From: Torpedo marmorata
Lineage: Eukaryota
DNA: 64,000 bases
Direction of reading: 5' to 3'
NCBI GenBank assembly: GCA_977017645.1
Contig: OZ360239.1
Span: forward strand, 22,444,001 to 22,508,000
Every line of letters begins with the position of its first letter. Within the stretch, counting starts at the first letter, position 1. A program made the position numbers and the translations under genes. Under the pieces are notes generated by a model. It worked only from the letters and a program-made list of their open reading frames with translations. It was not told the origin of the DNA and did no database searches. Of this stretch, positions 38,931-52,542 are shown in pieces.

Positions 38931-40984
38931 AAGAGATTTTAATACCCACCCCACCTCACCCCGCTTCCTCCCTAAATTTACCAAACCAGCGATTGGCATC
39001 TACCTGCGTTTCTCTGATGACTTTTGAAGTCGCAACAGTTCTTTTATGTATACTTTTGTATATCCTTTCATGGGATATGGACGTCGCCGGTAATTTATTG
39101 GCTCTCCTTCATTTACCCCGGGTGCAGGGCCGGATTAAGGCCAACTGATGCCCTAAACACAGCCCAACAATGGTTCCCCCCGACCCTTCCATTGTCTAAC
39201 TGGTTAATCCAGGTCTGCCCGGGTGGCTGCTTAAGACACTTCTTGAGATTTAAGCGTCAATAACTTCTTCATTGCCTGATCGAGGTTGGAACTCTCATCG
39301 TTCATATTTGGATTGTTGCTAAACCATTAATAGAAGTTGTTGGTCGATTTACATTGCAAAATACAAAAGTAAAACCCAATTGGCAACTCAGTAGCACGCA
39401 AGGCATATATCAATTTGGACCAGTGTAGTTCTAACATACACCATCCTGAGTGAAACATGATTATAGAAGTAAATGCAACGTTCTTCAGGGCGAGGGCATC
39501 GAACTCGTTGGCTTGAGAGCGACGCCTTGAAAAATCAAAGAAACACACATAGAAGATATCACAAACAATAAACGATGGGCTTGCATTAATAAAGACCGGT
39601 TCAAGTGCCTTTTAGGATGTGCCAAAAACTTTGCACAGGCAACGAGGTACCTTTGAAGTACAGTATAATCTCTGTTGCAATATAGGAAATGATCCCTCTA
39701 AAGAAAATAACACAGCTTTTTCAAAGCAAATAATTAACTGCCAGGAATGTCTAATAACAAGATTGGCTGTTCCCCCATAAACTAGTTAATTTCCATTTAC
39801 GGAGTGACAGACTGAATCGCCTAATCCTCATTCCAATAGATTTTTATAGTGGTATATTCACCTTTATATTATGGCTAATAATATTATATTTATAATAATA
39901 GCTATAATTGTAACTAATGTTATAATACAAAACTTTTGCCAGGTGGCGCTGTGGTGCACTGGACGTTCAAACAACCCACCACTTGGAACATAGGCTTGGA
40001 AGGAAGAAGTTACAAGGGTCGAACTTTGCAGGAGACATTGTACAGTTTGTTTGGACTAAATGTAAGTCTTTGTAAGAAACATGGCAATGCTTGAAAAATA
40101 CAGAATTAGAAAGAATTGTCTGTCAATGGCATACTTCCTGGAACTTACTTAAAATATCTGTAACATTTCACCAGTCAACAGAAAACACTTCTACTTGATA
40201 ATATCGCAAATCTTAGAAATGTTGACTCAACAATTATCAGCATTTCACTGGAATATTTGCATCAAAGCATCAGCAGCGGAGTGTTAACCCACAACAAAAA
40301 ATTCAAATTTCAATTTCAAATGCATAATAGAATGCTGGAATAACACCTTTATTGTCAGGTGGAAATAATTCCACCTTAAAGACTAGAGTGAAGTGTTTAA
40401 TTGATAAAAGTGTGTACTAAATACAGTGTGCAATAAAAAAAAGATAGTCACTCAAAAAGAGAGCATTTCTACTTCTATGCTTTCCCCAGGAGATGGGTGT
40501 ACGGTTACTTTTATTCATCAAGGAAAAACTACAATGCAATCCTGTTTAGATTTGGGTGCAGAAATGTAAATCAGTATTACATAATTTATAATTGAAGTCA
40601 TACAACAAACATTACAGGACACTTCTGGACTCTATTCTCTCCAGATTCTAAAGACTTTGCCAAACACATTTTCATCGCAACAATATCATTTTAAGAACAC
40701 TCTCTGTTAATTAGAATCAGGACCACTGATCTTTAGAAACCTCTCAAAGATTGTAGGATCATGTGTTGAACACATGTTTTTATAGCCAAACAAGTTTATG
40801 ATCTAATTGTTTGCAGCTAAGGAAAGATTTATCACTGTGTCTGGCATCCAGCAATAATGATAATATCTCCATCATCTAAATCATTAAATAAATTATGCAG
40901 TGTACCTGCAGAATTGTAAATGAACCATCTAGCTGCAGTTTCCTTATGTGAAATTCAATTTGATTAAACTGTTTGAAGTAGAGG

Positions 40985-41082
40985 TGACTGCCGCGCCCGC
41001 AGGAAAAATGGAATCTCAGGGTTGTATGTGATGTCATGTATGTACTCTGACAATAAATCTGAAATCTGAATCTGATATCTGA
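40985..41082 (+). mobile_element. Short LINE/SINE 3' tail (Rex1-type)
   Basis: Ends TGACAATAAA followed by TCTGAA-type repeats. Confidence 0.6.
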
Positions 41083-41194
41083 ATTCGTGCTAGGTGCCCA
41101 AGATGTTGAGAACATTGTTAATTTGAATTTAGCATAACAATCCTTTCAAAACAATCAGTGTTGTGAGAAATTAGGGAAGTCGTTGATGTCAAGA

Positions 41195-42046
41195 GTGAGG
41201 GGCCTGTAATTAAAGTCAGTCTGTCCTAAAATCTTGATGTTATTTTGGAGGTTCACTGACAACTCTGCACATAAATGATAGGCAATCATTAAAAGTTGGT
41301 AAGAAGAATAGGAAAGCAGGTTTGATTGAAGAGAGAATGGAGTGCAGGGTGATCTGGATGTCCTTACACATGAAGCAGAAACTTGGTATGCATTAAAACA
41401 AGTGATTTGCATGGTATATGGAATGTTGGCATTTATCATAAAAGGGATGGATAATAAAAGTAAGGATATCTTGGCACATCTGTAGTGGGTAAGACCACAC
41501 CTGCAGCATTGCATACAATTTTGTGTCTTCAATTAAGAAGCAACATACTTGCACTGAAGGCAGTTCAGAGAAAGTTCACTATGTCCAATCTTGGGATGAA
41601 TAGGTTGTTTTATGAAGAAAAGTTCAGCAGGTTGGGCCAATACTCATTGTAGATTAGAAGAATGAGAAGTGAACTGATGAAAACATATGAGATTCCGAGG
41701 GGACTTGACAGAGAGGATGGTGAGATGATGTATCCTTGCCTTAGGGAATTAGAACCAGCAGGCATAGTTGCTAAATAAGGAATTAGACATCCAAGACAGA
41801 GATGAGGAGGAAATTCTTTTCTCAGAGAATTGAAAATATTTTAAATTCTCTACCTTAGCAAGTTGTGGAGACAGACAATGAACATACTGTATAAGACTGA
41901 CGGGCATTTAAATTAAAAGGGGGTCAAGGAGTATGGTCAGGCTGGACACTGTGGTTGAGGTCAAGAATAGATGACCTTAATGAATGGCAGAATAGGCTGG
42001 AAGGACCATACTGCTCACTTGAGCTCCCCCATTTTTTAATGTTCTA
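41195..42046 (+). mobile_element. Old CR1 LINE 3' fragment
   Basis: Degenerate versions of the CR1 motifs seen at 1787-2741 (GGAATGTTGGCATTTAT, AGACCACACCTGCAGCATTGCATACAATTTTG, GATGAGGAGGAAATTCTT). Confidence 0.85.
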
Positions 42047-42264
42047 AAATAATTAGTATTATTATTAAAGAATTATTTTTCTGTAGAGCATGACCAGATG
42101 TATCTGCTGCAGGGAAGCGGAAGGAGACCCTCGGTAGGAGTACTGAAATTCCTTAACCAATGATCCAAAGTAGTGAAGCAGGAACACCTGTTGAATTAGC
42201 TGTTCTTAAAGGAAGTCCACAACTTCATACTGAAAAATTATTTTGTTGGATGTTCTCAGACACT

Positions 42265-42510
42265 GAGCAGCATGGTTAGTGTAGCAGTTAACACAATGCA
42301 GCACCGACGACCCAGGTTCGAATCTGGCTCTCTCTGCAAGGAGTTTGTACGTTCTCCCCGTGTCTGCATGGGCTTCCTCCGGGTGCTCCAGTTTTCTCCC
42401 ACCCTTCAAAACGTACAGGGGATGTAGGTTAATTGGGATATTTGGGTGGCACGGGCTCGTGGGCTTGAAGGGCCTGTTATCGTACTGTATGTCTAAATTT
42501 AAATTTATAG
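42265..42510 (+). mobile_element. V-SINE copy
   Basis: B-box GGTTCGAATC, V-domain TTCTCCCCGTGTCTGCATGGG, tail CTGTATGTCTAAATTTAAA. Confidence 0.9.
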
Positions 42511-42593
42511 TATTAAAACATCATCCTCTTTGTAGAAATGAGGCAACTGGGAGAATACCTTGGCCATATTTGCTTCAATCTTTGTTGGTTCAA

Positions 42594-43541
42594 GCAACGA
42601 GGTAGAACAGTTACTTTGACTGGGAAATGCACTCAAAATTATATCCAGAATGTATTTTGTGCTCCAAAGTGAAAGCCCTAAGCTGGATATACATAGATCG
42701 AGGGAGAGGTGGGAGTCGGACTTAGGTACGACAATTCAGGAATGTTGCTGGTCCGATTGGTGTAGGAATAGTATGACGGTCATTAATGCTAGATACAGAT
42801 TGGTCCAATATAATTTCTTGCACCAACTATATCTCCCACCACAAAAGTTACACAAATCAAAATCCGAAATATCGGAAATGTGTTTCAGATGTGGTGGTGA
42901 AATTGGAACTTTCCTGCACTCCACTTGGTCCTGTGCAAAGTACGACCCTTTTGGTATGATATATCTAATACACTAACCAGAATTACGGGGGTGGCCTTTC
43001 CACTGGACACGGAGTTGTATCTCCTAGGAAATCTAATGGACATAAGCTACAAATTATCTACATTCCAAATTCAATTTGTGCTAGTTGCTTTGTCCGTAGC
43101 AAAAAAAAGCATAGCAGTCACTTGGAAGTCCGACAACCCCCTTCAAATCACTCGATGGTCAGCAGAAATGCACAGCTGTATTCCTATGGAGAAAATTACA
43201 TATAATCTCAGGAATAGATACGGTACATTTGTAGAGGTGTGGCAACCATACCTGGAGTATATTAGGGTCCAGTTGTAATTCAAACCCTAAGGTACAATAC
43301 AATATAGCGTAGAAATATCTAACGGTGTGGCGCCTCCAAAAAGATTGAAAAATCAATGTAAGCACTGACGGTACTTTTAGTTTTTCATTTTCTTTCTTTT
43401 CTTTTGTATGTTTTATTTTCTTTTTTCAGTTGGGGGGAGGGAGGGAGAGTTTAATGATAACGTTGTATATAGTTGTAAATTGTATATTTTCTGTTTATAT
43501 TGTGGACTTTAAAAATAAAAAATAAAAAATATTCAAAAAAA
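42594..43541 (+). mobile_element. L1/Tx1-clade LINE, 5'-truncated, with A-rich tail and 17-bp TSD
   Basis: ORF2 C-terminus (MCFRC...HSTWSC; PMEKITYNLR). TSD AATCTTTGTTGGTTCAA at 42577-42593 and 43542-43558. Confidence 0.95.
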
Positions 43542-43844
43542 AATCTTTGTTGGTTCAAAAGGTATAACAATTGCTCCAAAGTACTGGACATCTTCGGAGA
43601 TGTGTGCATGTGCTGACTGCATGTCCATGGGCCTGATATTAGGTCACAACTCCAGAATGTCTATCAACTAACAACTCCATTATCATTCTGAGTAGACCAT
43701 GCTGTGAATGCTAAATTTACTTTTTATACTGTACCAGGGTTTTGTTATTTTAAGTTTGGTTGAAAAAAAACAATTGGGTTAAATTGTAGGAGCTGGTCAA
43801 TGGCATAATATACAGTACATACAGTATATTGATAAAGATGAATG

Positions 43845-46150
43845 TAGAACATAGAACATGACAGCAGAGTACAAGCCCTTCAGCCCACAATGTTGTGCCA
43901 ACCCATATATACCTACCAAAAAAAACTAAAGTCTCCCTACCTCATAACCCTCTATTTTTCTTTCATCCATGTGCCTGTCTAAGAGTCTCTTAAATTCCCC
44001 TAATGTTCCAGCCTCCATCACCATCCCTGGCAAGGCATTCCAGGCACCCACAACTCTCTGTATAAAAAAACTTACCCCTGATGTCTCCACTAAACTATCC
44101 TCCCTTCACTTTGCACAGATGTCCTCTGGTGTTTGATACTCCTGCCCTGGAAAAAAGGTGCTGACTGTCTACCTTATCCATAGCTCTCATAATCTTGTAG
44201 ACCTCTAATAAGTTACCTCTCATCCTTCTTCGCTCCAAAGAGAAAAGTCCTAGCACTGCTAACCTTGCCTCACAAGACAAATTTTCCAATCCAGGCAACA
44301 TCCTGGTAAATCACCTCTGCATCCTCTCCATTGCTTCCACATCTTTCCTGTAATGAGGTGACCAGAACTGAACATAGTATTCTAAGTGTAGTCTCACCAG
44401 AGATTTATAGAGCTGCAACATTACCTCACGACTCCTGAATTTAATCTCCCAATTAATGAAGCCCAGCATACCATAGGCCTTCTTAACTGTCCTTGCAACC
44501 TGTGTTGTGACATTAAGAGGTCTACGGATTTGGACCCCAAGGTCCCTCTGTTCTTCCACACTGTATCCCACCATTAGCCATCTGGCATCAGGTTTGACCT
44601 ACCAAAATGCTCACACTTATCCGGATTGAACTCCATCTGCACTTTTCCGCCCAACTCTGCATCCTGTCTATATCCTGTTGTAACCTACGACAGCCTTCAA
44701 CACTATCCACAGCACCTCCAACCTTTGTATCATCTGCAAACATTGACACATCCCTCTACTTCTTCATCCAGGTCATTTATAAAAATCACAAAGAGCAGGG
44801 GTCCCAGAACAGAATCCTGAGGAACTCCACTTGTCACTGACCTCCAGGCAGAATACTTTCTGTCCACAACCACTCTCTGCTTTCTACAGGAAAGCCAATT
44901 TTGTATCCACACAGCCAGGTCTCATGGATCCCATGCTTCATGACTTTCTGAACGAGGACCTTGTCAAATGCCTTACTAAATCCTTATACACCACATCTAC
45001 CACGCTACCTTCAAGAATTTCTTTTGTTATTTCCTCAAAAAACTGAATTAGCCCCATGAGGCATGACCTTCCCTTCACAAAGCCATGCTGACTATTCCTG
45101 AAATGATTGTACTTCTCTAAATTCTCGTAAATCATGTCCTTAAAAATCCTCTCCATTAGTTTGCCCACTACTGATGTAAGACTCTCTGGTCTATGATTCT
45201 CTGGATTCTTCCTATTACTTTTTTAAACAAGGGGACCACATTGGCCATTCTCCCCGGCATCTCCCCTGTGGCCAAGGAGGACGCAAAGGTCATTGCCAAT
45301 TCCACAGCAATTTCTTCCCTCCCTTCCCATAGCAACGTGGGTTAATCTCGTTTGGTCCCGGGGACTTATCAATCCTAATGTTTTTAAGAAAATCCAGCGC
45401 TTCCTCTTTCTTAATCTCAACATGGTCCAACACATAAGCTTATTCTATTCTGACCTCAGCTTGACCAATGTCCTTTTCTGTGGTGAACACTGAAGCAATG
45501 TATTCATTTAGGACCTCCCCAGTCTCCTCCACCTCCAAGCACATGTTGCCTCCTTTATCCAGAAGCGCCCTACCTTCACTGTCATTGTCCTTCTGTTCTT
45601 CATGCAAGCATAGAATGCCTTTGGGTTTTCCTTAATCCTACTTGCCAAGACCTTCTTATGCCCCCTTTTAGCTCTCCTGTCCTTTCTTATGTTCCATATA
45701 ATTCTCATGAGCCCTTCCTCTTTTTTGCTTCCTAAATCTAATATATGCTTCCTTCTTCCTCTTAACTAGCTGCCTCCCCTGTTTTGTCAACCACTTTTCC
45801 CTTTTCCTACCATCTTTTCCCAGTCTCAGTGGGAAAAACCTATCCAGAACCCCATGCAAGTGGTCCCTACACATCCTCCACATTACTTCTGTGCTTTCTC
45901 ATGAGAACTTGTGTTCCCACTTTACTCTCCCTGGTTCCTGCCTCAACCCATCATAATTAGCCCTTCCCCAATGAAACACTTTCCCATTTTGTCTGCTTTT
46001 ATCTTTGTCCACAGCTATGCTAAAGCTCAGGGAGTTGTGGTCACTATCACCAAAATGTTCCCCCACTGAGAGATCTGTCACCTGACCAGGTTCATTACCC
46101 AATACTAGATCCAGTATGGCCTCTCTCTCTAGTCGCTGGTCCACATGAAT
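43845..46150 (-). mobile_element. CR1 LINE, 5'-truncated (end of endonuclease plus RT, multiple frameshifts)
   Basis: [26 protein letters not shown] and LEYYVQFWSP motifs. Tail is TAGAACATAGAACA on the plus strand. Confidence 0.95.
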
Positions 46151-46317
46151 TAACAGATAAAACAAAGAGCTAAAAATAGCTAAAAAGCTATTATTGAAAT
46201 GCAGTCTTGTACAAATAAATTGTGAATTTTGAAACTCGCATTGAACAATTTCCCATCATTATGTTTTGTTTTCTGAGGTTGTAGAAACAGTCTGGAGCAT
46301 AAGAATTAGTTGGAGCT

Positions 46318-48657
46318 AATTTACAAAAAAGGAAACAGGATTTGCCGTTAGTGATAGCATTAGATGCAGAAAAAGCATTTGATAGATTAGAATGGAATTT
46401 TTTATTTAAGGTTTTAGAGAAATATGGATTTGGAAATATTTTTATAAATTGGATTAAGACTATATATAAGGAACCTACAGCTAGAGTAATTACAAATGGT
46501 CAAATATCATCTAAATTTTCCTTGACACGATCAACAAGACAAGGATGTCCTTTGTCACCTGCTTTGTTTGTATTGGCAATAGAACCGTTGGCTGAAATGA
46601 TTAGGAAAGATACTAATATAAATGGGATTAAAGTAGGTACAGAAGAACATAAAATTAGTTTGTTTGCAGATGATGTATTAATATATATGACGAAATCTAT
46701 TGAATCGCTTCAACAATTAGATAAGATATTGAGGGAGTATGGTGAGATATCTGGATATAAAATAAACTCGGATAAGAGTGAGATAATGGCTTTATCTCAA
46801 GGAGACTATACTAAATGTAAAGAAGTTACAAAATTTAAATGGGCTAAAGAAGCAATTAAATATTTGGGAGTTAAAGTAGATACAAAATTGGAAAATTTAT
46901 ATAAATTAAATTATATACCTTTATTTCAGAAAATAAAGAAAGATTTGGAAAATTGGAAAGATTTACCTATAACTCTAATGGGAAGAGTGAATTGTATTAA
47001 AATGAATATTTTTCCAAGAGTTCAATATCTTTTTCAATCTATACCTTTTGGTATTCCTCAAAAATTTTTCAAAGATTTAAAAATCATTGTTAGAAAGTTT
47101 TTATGGAAAGGAAAATTAGCAAGGGTAAGTATAGATAAATTAACTTGGGAATACGAAATGGGTGGATTACAGCTTCCCAATTTTCAATATTACTATAAGG
47201 CAGCACAATTAAAATTTATTAATGAATTTTTTGACTTAACTAAAAATACTGCTTGGATTAATATAGAATTGAGTAATATAGGGGAAAGATATAAGGAAGA
47301 TATTATTTATAAATGGAATTCTAAATTATTATTAATTAAAAAGAAAAAATCACCGATTATTAAACATTTATTGGAAATTTGGACTCAGATAGATAATGAG
47401 ATAGGACGAAAAGGATCAATATCTTTAAATATGCCATTATATCAGAATTTATTGTTACCTTTTCTATTGATAACCAATTTTTAAAATTATGGTATCAAAA
47501 AGGAATTAAGAAGATCAAAGATTGCTTTGAGGCGGGAAGATTTGTTACTTTTTCTAGGTTGAAAGAAAAATTTGGAATAATGGATAATACGATTTTGGCT
47601 TATTATCAGGTTAAAGGATTTTTAGTTGAGAAATTGGGGAATCAATTAATATCTCCTAGACAAGATGGATTAGAGTTGTTAATTACTAATGGAAATGTTA
47701 ATAAATTTATATCACAAATGTATAAACTACTTCAGAGAAAGATGCCTAAAGTAGGATTACATAAATCTAGATTAAATTGGGAGTCAGATTTAAATATTAG
47801 TATAGATGAACAACATTGGAAAGAATTATGTAAATTGAGTATGACTAAAATTATTAATGTTAGATATAGATTAGTACAATATAATTTTTTTCATCAATTA
47901 TATATAACACCTAAAAAATTAAAGAAATTTAATTCGGCATTATCAGATATGTGTTTTAGGTGTAAAGATGAAATAGGTTCTTTTGTACACTGTACATGGT
48001 CATGTTTAAAAATTCAAAATTTTTGGTCTAAAGTTAAGGATTTTTTAGATAGAATTTTTAATATTACGATTCCAATGGATCCTATGGTATTTTTATTTGG
48101 AGATATTAAAAAAATTAGTATTAGAAATAGATTGAATATGTATCAAATAGAATTTTTACGAATTGTGTTAGCGATTTCAAAAAAATGTATCGCTATTACT
48201 TGGAAATCAGATTTAGATTTGAATTTAGATAGACTACATGCAGAATTACGTTCTTGTATACCATTGGAAAAAATTACATATAATTTACGAGATAAATATC
48301 ATTTCTTTTTGAAAATTTGGAGCCCATATATGAGAATTATGGGTATGAATTAATTCTCTAAAAGTTGGTACCGCTGACAAATGTAACCTCCAATATATAA
48401 GTAGAGTTAGCTTGTAATTGTTTTCTCCTCATTCTAACTCTTAAATCTTTAATATTCAATTCTATTCTTTTTTTTTCTTCTTTTTAACTAATACCTCTTT
48501 TTTTTTCTCTTTCCTTTTTTTTTATTAGAATAGTGTGGGAGGGTTGGGGATGGGAGGGGGGGAGGTAATATATCACATGTATTTTGAATGATATACTATT
48601 TTTGATTTATGTATTTTGTGATTTTAAAAGTTAAATAAAATTATAAAAAAAAAAAAA
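46318..48657 (+). mobile_element. L1/Tx1-clade LINE, 5'-truncated, young
   Basis: ORFs 46342-47484 (LDAEKAFD, RQGCPLSP, FADD) and 47559-48353 (C-terminal Cys/His domain). Poly(A) tail. Perfect TSD AAGAATTAGTTGGAGCT at 46301-46317 and 48658-48674. Confidence 0.97.
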
Positions 48658-49669
48658 AAGAATTAGTTGGAGCTGAAACAGTGCTGTATCACCTCTTGAT
48701 GATTAAATGGTAGATTGTCACCCATGGTTGCTATAATGTAATACTGGCAGTTAATTGGTTCCCATATCCAAGAAGATCTTGACACACACATTTAAATTTC
48801 CACTTTCGAATAATGGGGGACAATTTTTCAATAGATTTTGTTGCAGTTTAAGACGGGGTAGTCAGAGTTATTTTGGTATCATTCTGTTGCCTCGTGAGCA
48901 CATTGAAAAATCTATTACAAATAACAAAATTTGCCAGTTGGATTTTAAAAAATTATTGCTGACAATGACTGTTTTATTTTAAACTGAGCATTTTACATCA
49001 ATTGAAAATGAAATTTGATTACCGGGTGTGCTCCTGCAAAAAATAAACATTAATTCACTTATCTCAGAATTCTTATTTAATCTTCTATGATAATAGAATT
49101 ATTATTTGAAACATAGAACAGAATTTTGAAAGCTTGCCAATTCATAGAAAATTCACATTTGGCATGTATATTATGCAAATTACAGGAATTTATCATTATA
49201 TATTATTCTATCACCATTGTAGTTTTAAACATAAAAGAGTGTTTTTACTTTTATATGCTGTTACGTTGATAATCTTTCTCTTTTTATATACTTCTTTGCA
49301 TCTTGGTTCCCCCCATATCACGAATCTCCTCCAGTGATATAACTATCTGCACTCTTCCAGTTCCGCCCTCTAGATTATCCCTGAATTAATTGGTTCCACC
49401 ATAACCATCCGTGAAAACACACTGGGAATCCAGATGCTGAGATCAGTAAGTCCTTGGAATATTCAGTTGGATTCTATGTGTCCGCTCATCTTTCCGTGTT
49501 CAATTGTGATGTCTGCTCTTGGAGGGTGAAAGTGTTGGGGGTGGCATGGCAAGCTGAGTGAGGGGGAAATGACTGAGTTTTATCCTTTAGCTGCAAATGT
49601 AAAATATAGCTCATTGGTTAAAAGATCACATGAGAAGAATTTTACCCATGAGGTAATATATGTACTGGC

Positions 49670-50630
49670 ATATCATAGAAATGTTGAAAATAAGTGCAGG
49701 AGTACGCCATTCATCCCTTTGAACCTGCACCACCATTCAATACAATCATGGCTGATCAATGCAACTTCAATACCCTATTCCTGCTTTCTCTCCATACCCA
49801 GTGATTGTTTTGGCCATAAGAAACCCATCCAAGTCCCTTTTGAATATACAGTATCTAATGAACTGGACCCAATCATGACTTTTACACAGCCGCAGCATAA
49901 CGGGAAAATCTCAGAAATTTCCCGCAACGCTGGCTGTGTAAAAATGTCGTGACGGAAATTAGTAACTAATTTCCGTCCCGACATTTTTCCTGCAGCAGCC
50001 CTAGACATTTTTGCGGACTGCCTGCAGTCTAAACTGAACTGCAGGCGGTCCGCAAAAATGGGTTAATGAATACGACGTACCTGTGTACATCCGAATCGAC
50101 GTCAACCCACGTCCACCCTCCGGAATCACCTCAATGCAGGAGGTTAATGTAAACGTCCATCCTGTGTGAACGGCCACTCTGGAGGGTAAGTATGCATATT
50201 GGTGATGGGAAAATCTCAATACTTCTGTCTAAAAAACATAAATAACTTTTTGTGGTGATGAGTTCCACAAATTCACAACTCTCTAAGTGAAGAAGTTTTT
50301 CCTCATCTTAGTCCCAAATGCCTTACCCCTTGTCCTTCGACTGTGGCCTATTGTTCTGGACTTCCCCACCATCAGGAACATTTTTCCTGCATTTAACCTA
50401 TCTAATCCTATCAGCAGTTTTTACATCTCAATGAGATCCCCTCTCATTCTTCTAAATTTCAATGAGTATAACTCCAGTCTATCTAGTCTTTCTTCACACA
50501 TCTGTCTTGCCTTCCCTGGAGTCAGCCTGGTGAACATTTGCTGCACTCCCTCAATAGCAAGAATGTCCTTCCTCAGATTAGGAGACCAAAACTGTACACA
50601 ATACTCATGGTGTGGTTTCACCAAGATCCA
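49670..50630 (-). mobile_element. CR1 3' fragment interrupted by a MITE-like insert
   Basis: EYCVQFWSPNLRKD and RRMRGDLIE motifs. The CR1 sequence resumes on both sides of 49874-50240. Confidence 0.88.
49874..50240. mobile_element. MITE-like DNA element (PIF/Harbinger-like) with three internal hairpins
   Basis: AAT on both sides (49871-49873 and 50241-50243). Imperfect TIRs CATGACTTTTACACAG / CTGTCTAAAAAACATA. Hairpins at 49880-49943, 49940-49988 and 50006-50060. Confidence 0.7.
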
Positions 50631-51659
50631 ACACTATTGCTGTTTATCAACATTAGGTAAGGTGATGATTACCATTTTCAAAATGTTTGTGAACATCTCA
50701 CTAGGAATTGATTGGTACTTACTGTAATAACATAAAAATAGTAGAATACTGAAAATTGTGTTTCCAGTAGTATTGAGATGGTGCAAATGGTCATTATGTA
50801 AAGTCGTGGTTAAAGTCGTGATTACATTCAAACATAAAACCATAAGAAATCAGATGTAAGACATATAGCCTCTTGAGTCTGATTTGGTATTCAATAAGAT
50901 CATGGCTATTTTTTGTATCGCTCTCCTACCCAATCTCTGTACCACTCCATCCCTTCAGCTCTTGATGCCAATAAGTTCATTCATTTTAGTCTCGACTGAG
51001 CATCCACAGCCCTGAATAAATCAGTTTCTTGTTTTAGTCCGAAGATACAACTCCATATCTTGATATAACGCTATGATCTCGAGCAGAATTAAGAACTTCA
51101 AACTTACCATGTTAGTCCCGCTCAGGATTCTCCAAGTTTCACTTCTGGTTATCAATGAGAAATTTAAATTGGCTTTAGGGCAAAAGTTGCTCCAATTTGA
51201 TGACTAAGTGCTCACAAAGCCAGTGGTCAATGCAATGAATTACATCATGGCATTGGATGTGCAGGTGGATGGTTTTTGGTTCAAGAAATCCACAATGTGG
51301 CCCACACAAAAGAGCTTTAATTATTTGGTCATTACTATCCACCAAATCCTGAATCAAGACTACATCTGAAATTTAAACTAACAAATAGATAAATATACCA
51401 ATTGGAGTTCAATTATTCACCGTGATGCAAGTAAAAAATATAACTATTAGTATTATTTGGAATTGAAAAGACCCAGGTAGGATATCTATTATTTTAGTGA
51501 TTCTATCAGAAATACAAAACAAAAATAAAGCATAACATCAAATAATAAGGAACTTTTAAGGAAAGAACTCAATAACGTTGGTTTCACAGAAAGGTAGGAG
51601 CAAGTCACTGGTAATACACAAAATAATCACAAGCAAGTGCAATGAAGTGTGTTTATACG

Positions 51660-52185
51660 ATTGAATGAATTGAGAGTTTATTGTCATATACAATGGTACA
51701 ACGCGCAGATGCAATGAAATTCTTGCTGCAGCTTCCCAGTTACGTAAAACACAATAATACAAATTAAGTATAATTAAGGCACCACAAAGTGTAAAAATAA
51801 ATAATAAGTATAAAAAGATAGGAAAATAAATAATAACTAACAAATCCTCACATATAATATTTCAGTAGTAATGCAAAAAAAATATGTTCTGTCAGTTGTA
51901 CAGACAGGTCTTCAGTGATCTTGCAATAGTGTTGGGGTTAGGGTAGTACAGGGAGGTCCGAGAGCCTGATGGCTGTTGGAAAAAAACTTGTGCCTGGACG
52001 TCAGGCTTCTGTACCTTCTGCGAGAACAAAGCATGGGCAGGGAGACAGGGGTCTTTTATGATGTTGGCTGCTTCTCGTGACAACATGTCACGTAGATGTC
52101 TTCAATGGCGGGAGGTCAGTACCCATGTTGGACTTGACTGTGTCTGCCATATTCTGCAGCCTTCTTCATTCCTGGGCATTTGAGT
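51660..52185 (-). mobile_element. Degenerate Rex1/Babar-like LINE 3' fragment
   Basis: AANIIKDP..PAHALFS motif. Tail TTGAATGAATTGAGAGTTTATTGTCA on the plus strand. Confidence 0.8.
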
Positions 52186-52365
52186 TTATGGTCCAGCAAA
52201 TGAAAATTAACATTATTTATATTCACTGTGTGTCATTGTATATTTTAATGATTATCTATATTGATAATCTGACCATTTAAAGAATGTGTAGTGATTTTGG
52301 AATTAAGTTAATAAAATGACATTTCTGCAAGATTTATGTATCAATGTTCACTTGTTGGAAGGAGT

Positions 52366-52542
52366 GATTCCTGAATAATCAATGAACCAAAGACACTGCC
52401 TTACTTTTCGTGCACTATTATTTATATATATTTTTTATAGTAATGTTGTAAGATGGTTATAATATGAATGTTTGCACTATGATGCTGCCGCAAAACACCG
52501 AATTTCATGACTTGTTCATGACAATAAATTCTGATTCTGATT
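52366..52542 (+). mobile_element. Rex1-like LINE 3' end only
   Basis: Near-identical reverse complement of 52961-53138. Ends ATGACAATAAATTCTGATTCTGA. Confidence 0.9.

Noticed and set aside
19310-40000. EMX2OS-like antisense lncRNA or exons of neighbouring genes
   Set aside because: No exon structure or recognisable peptide can be supported from sequence alone. Transcript data are needed.
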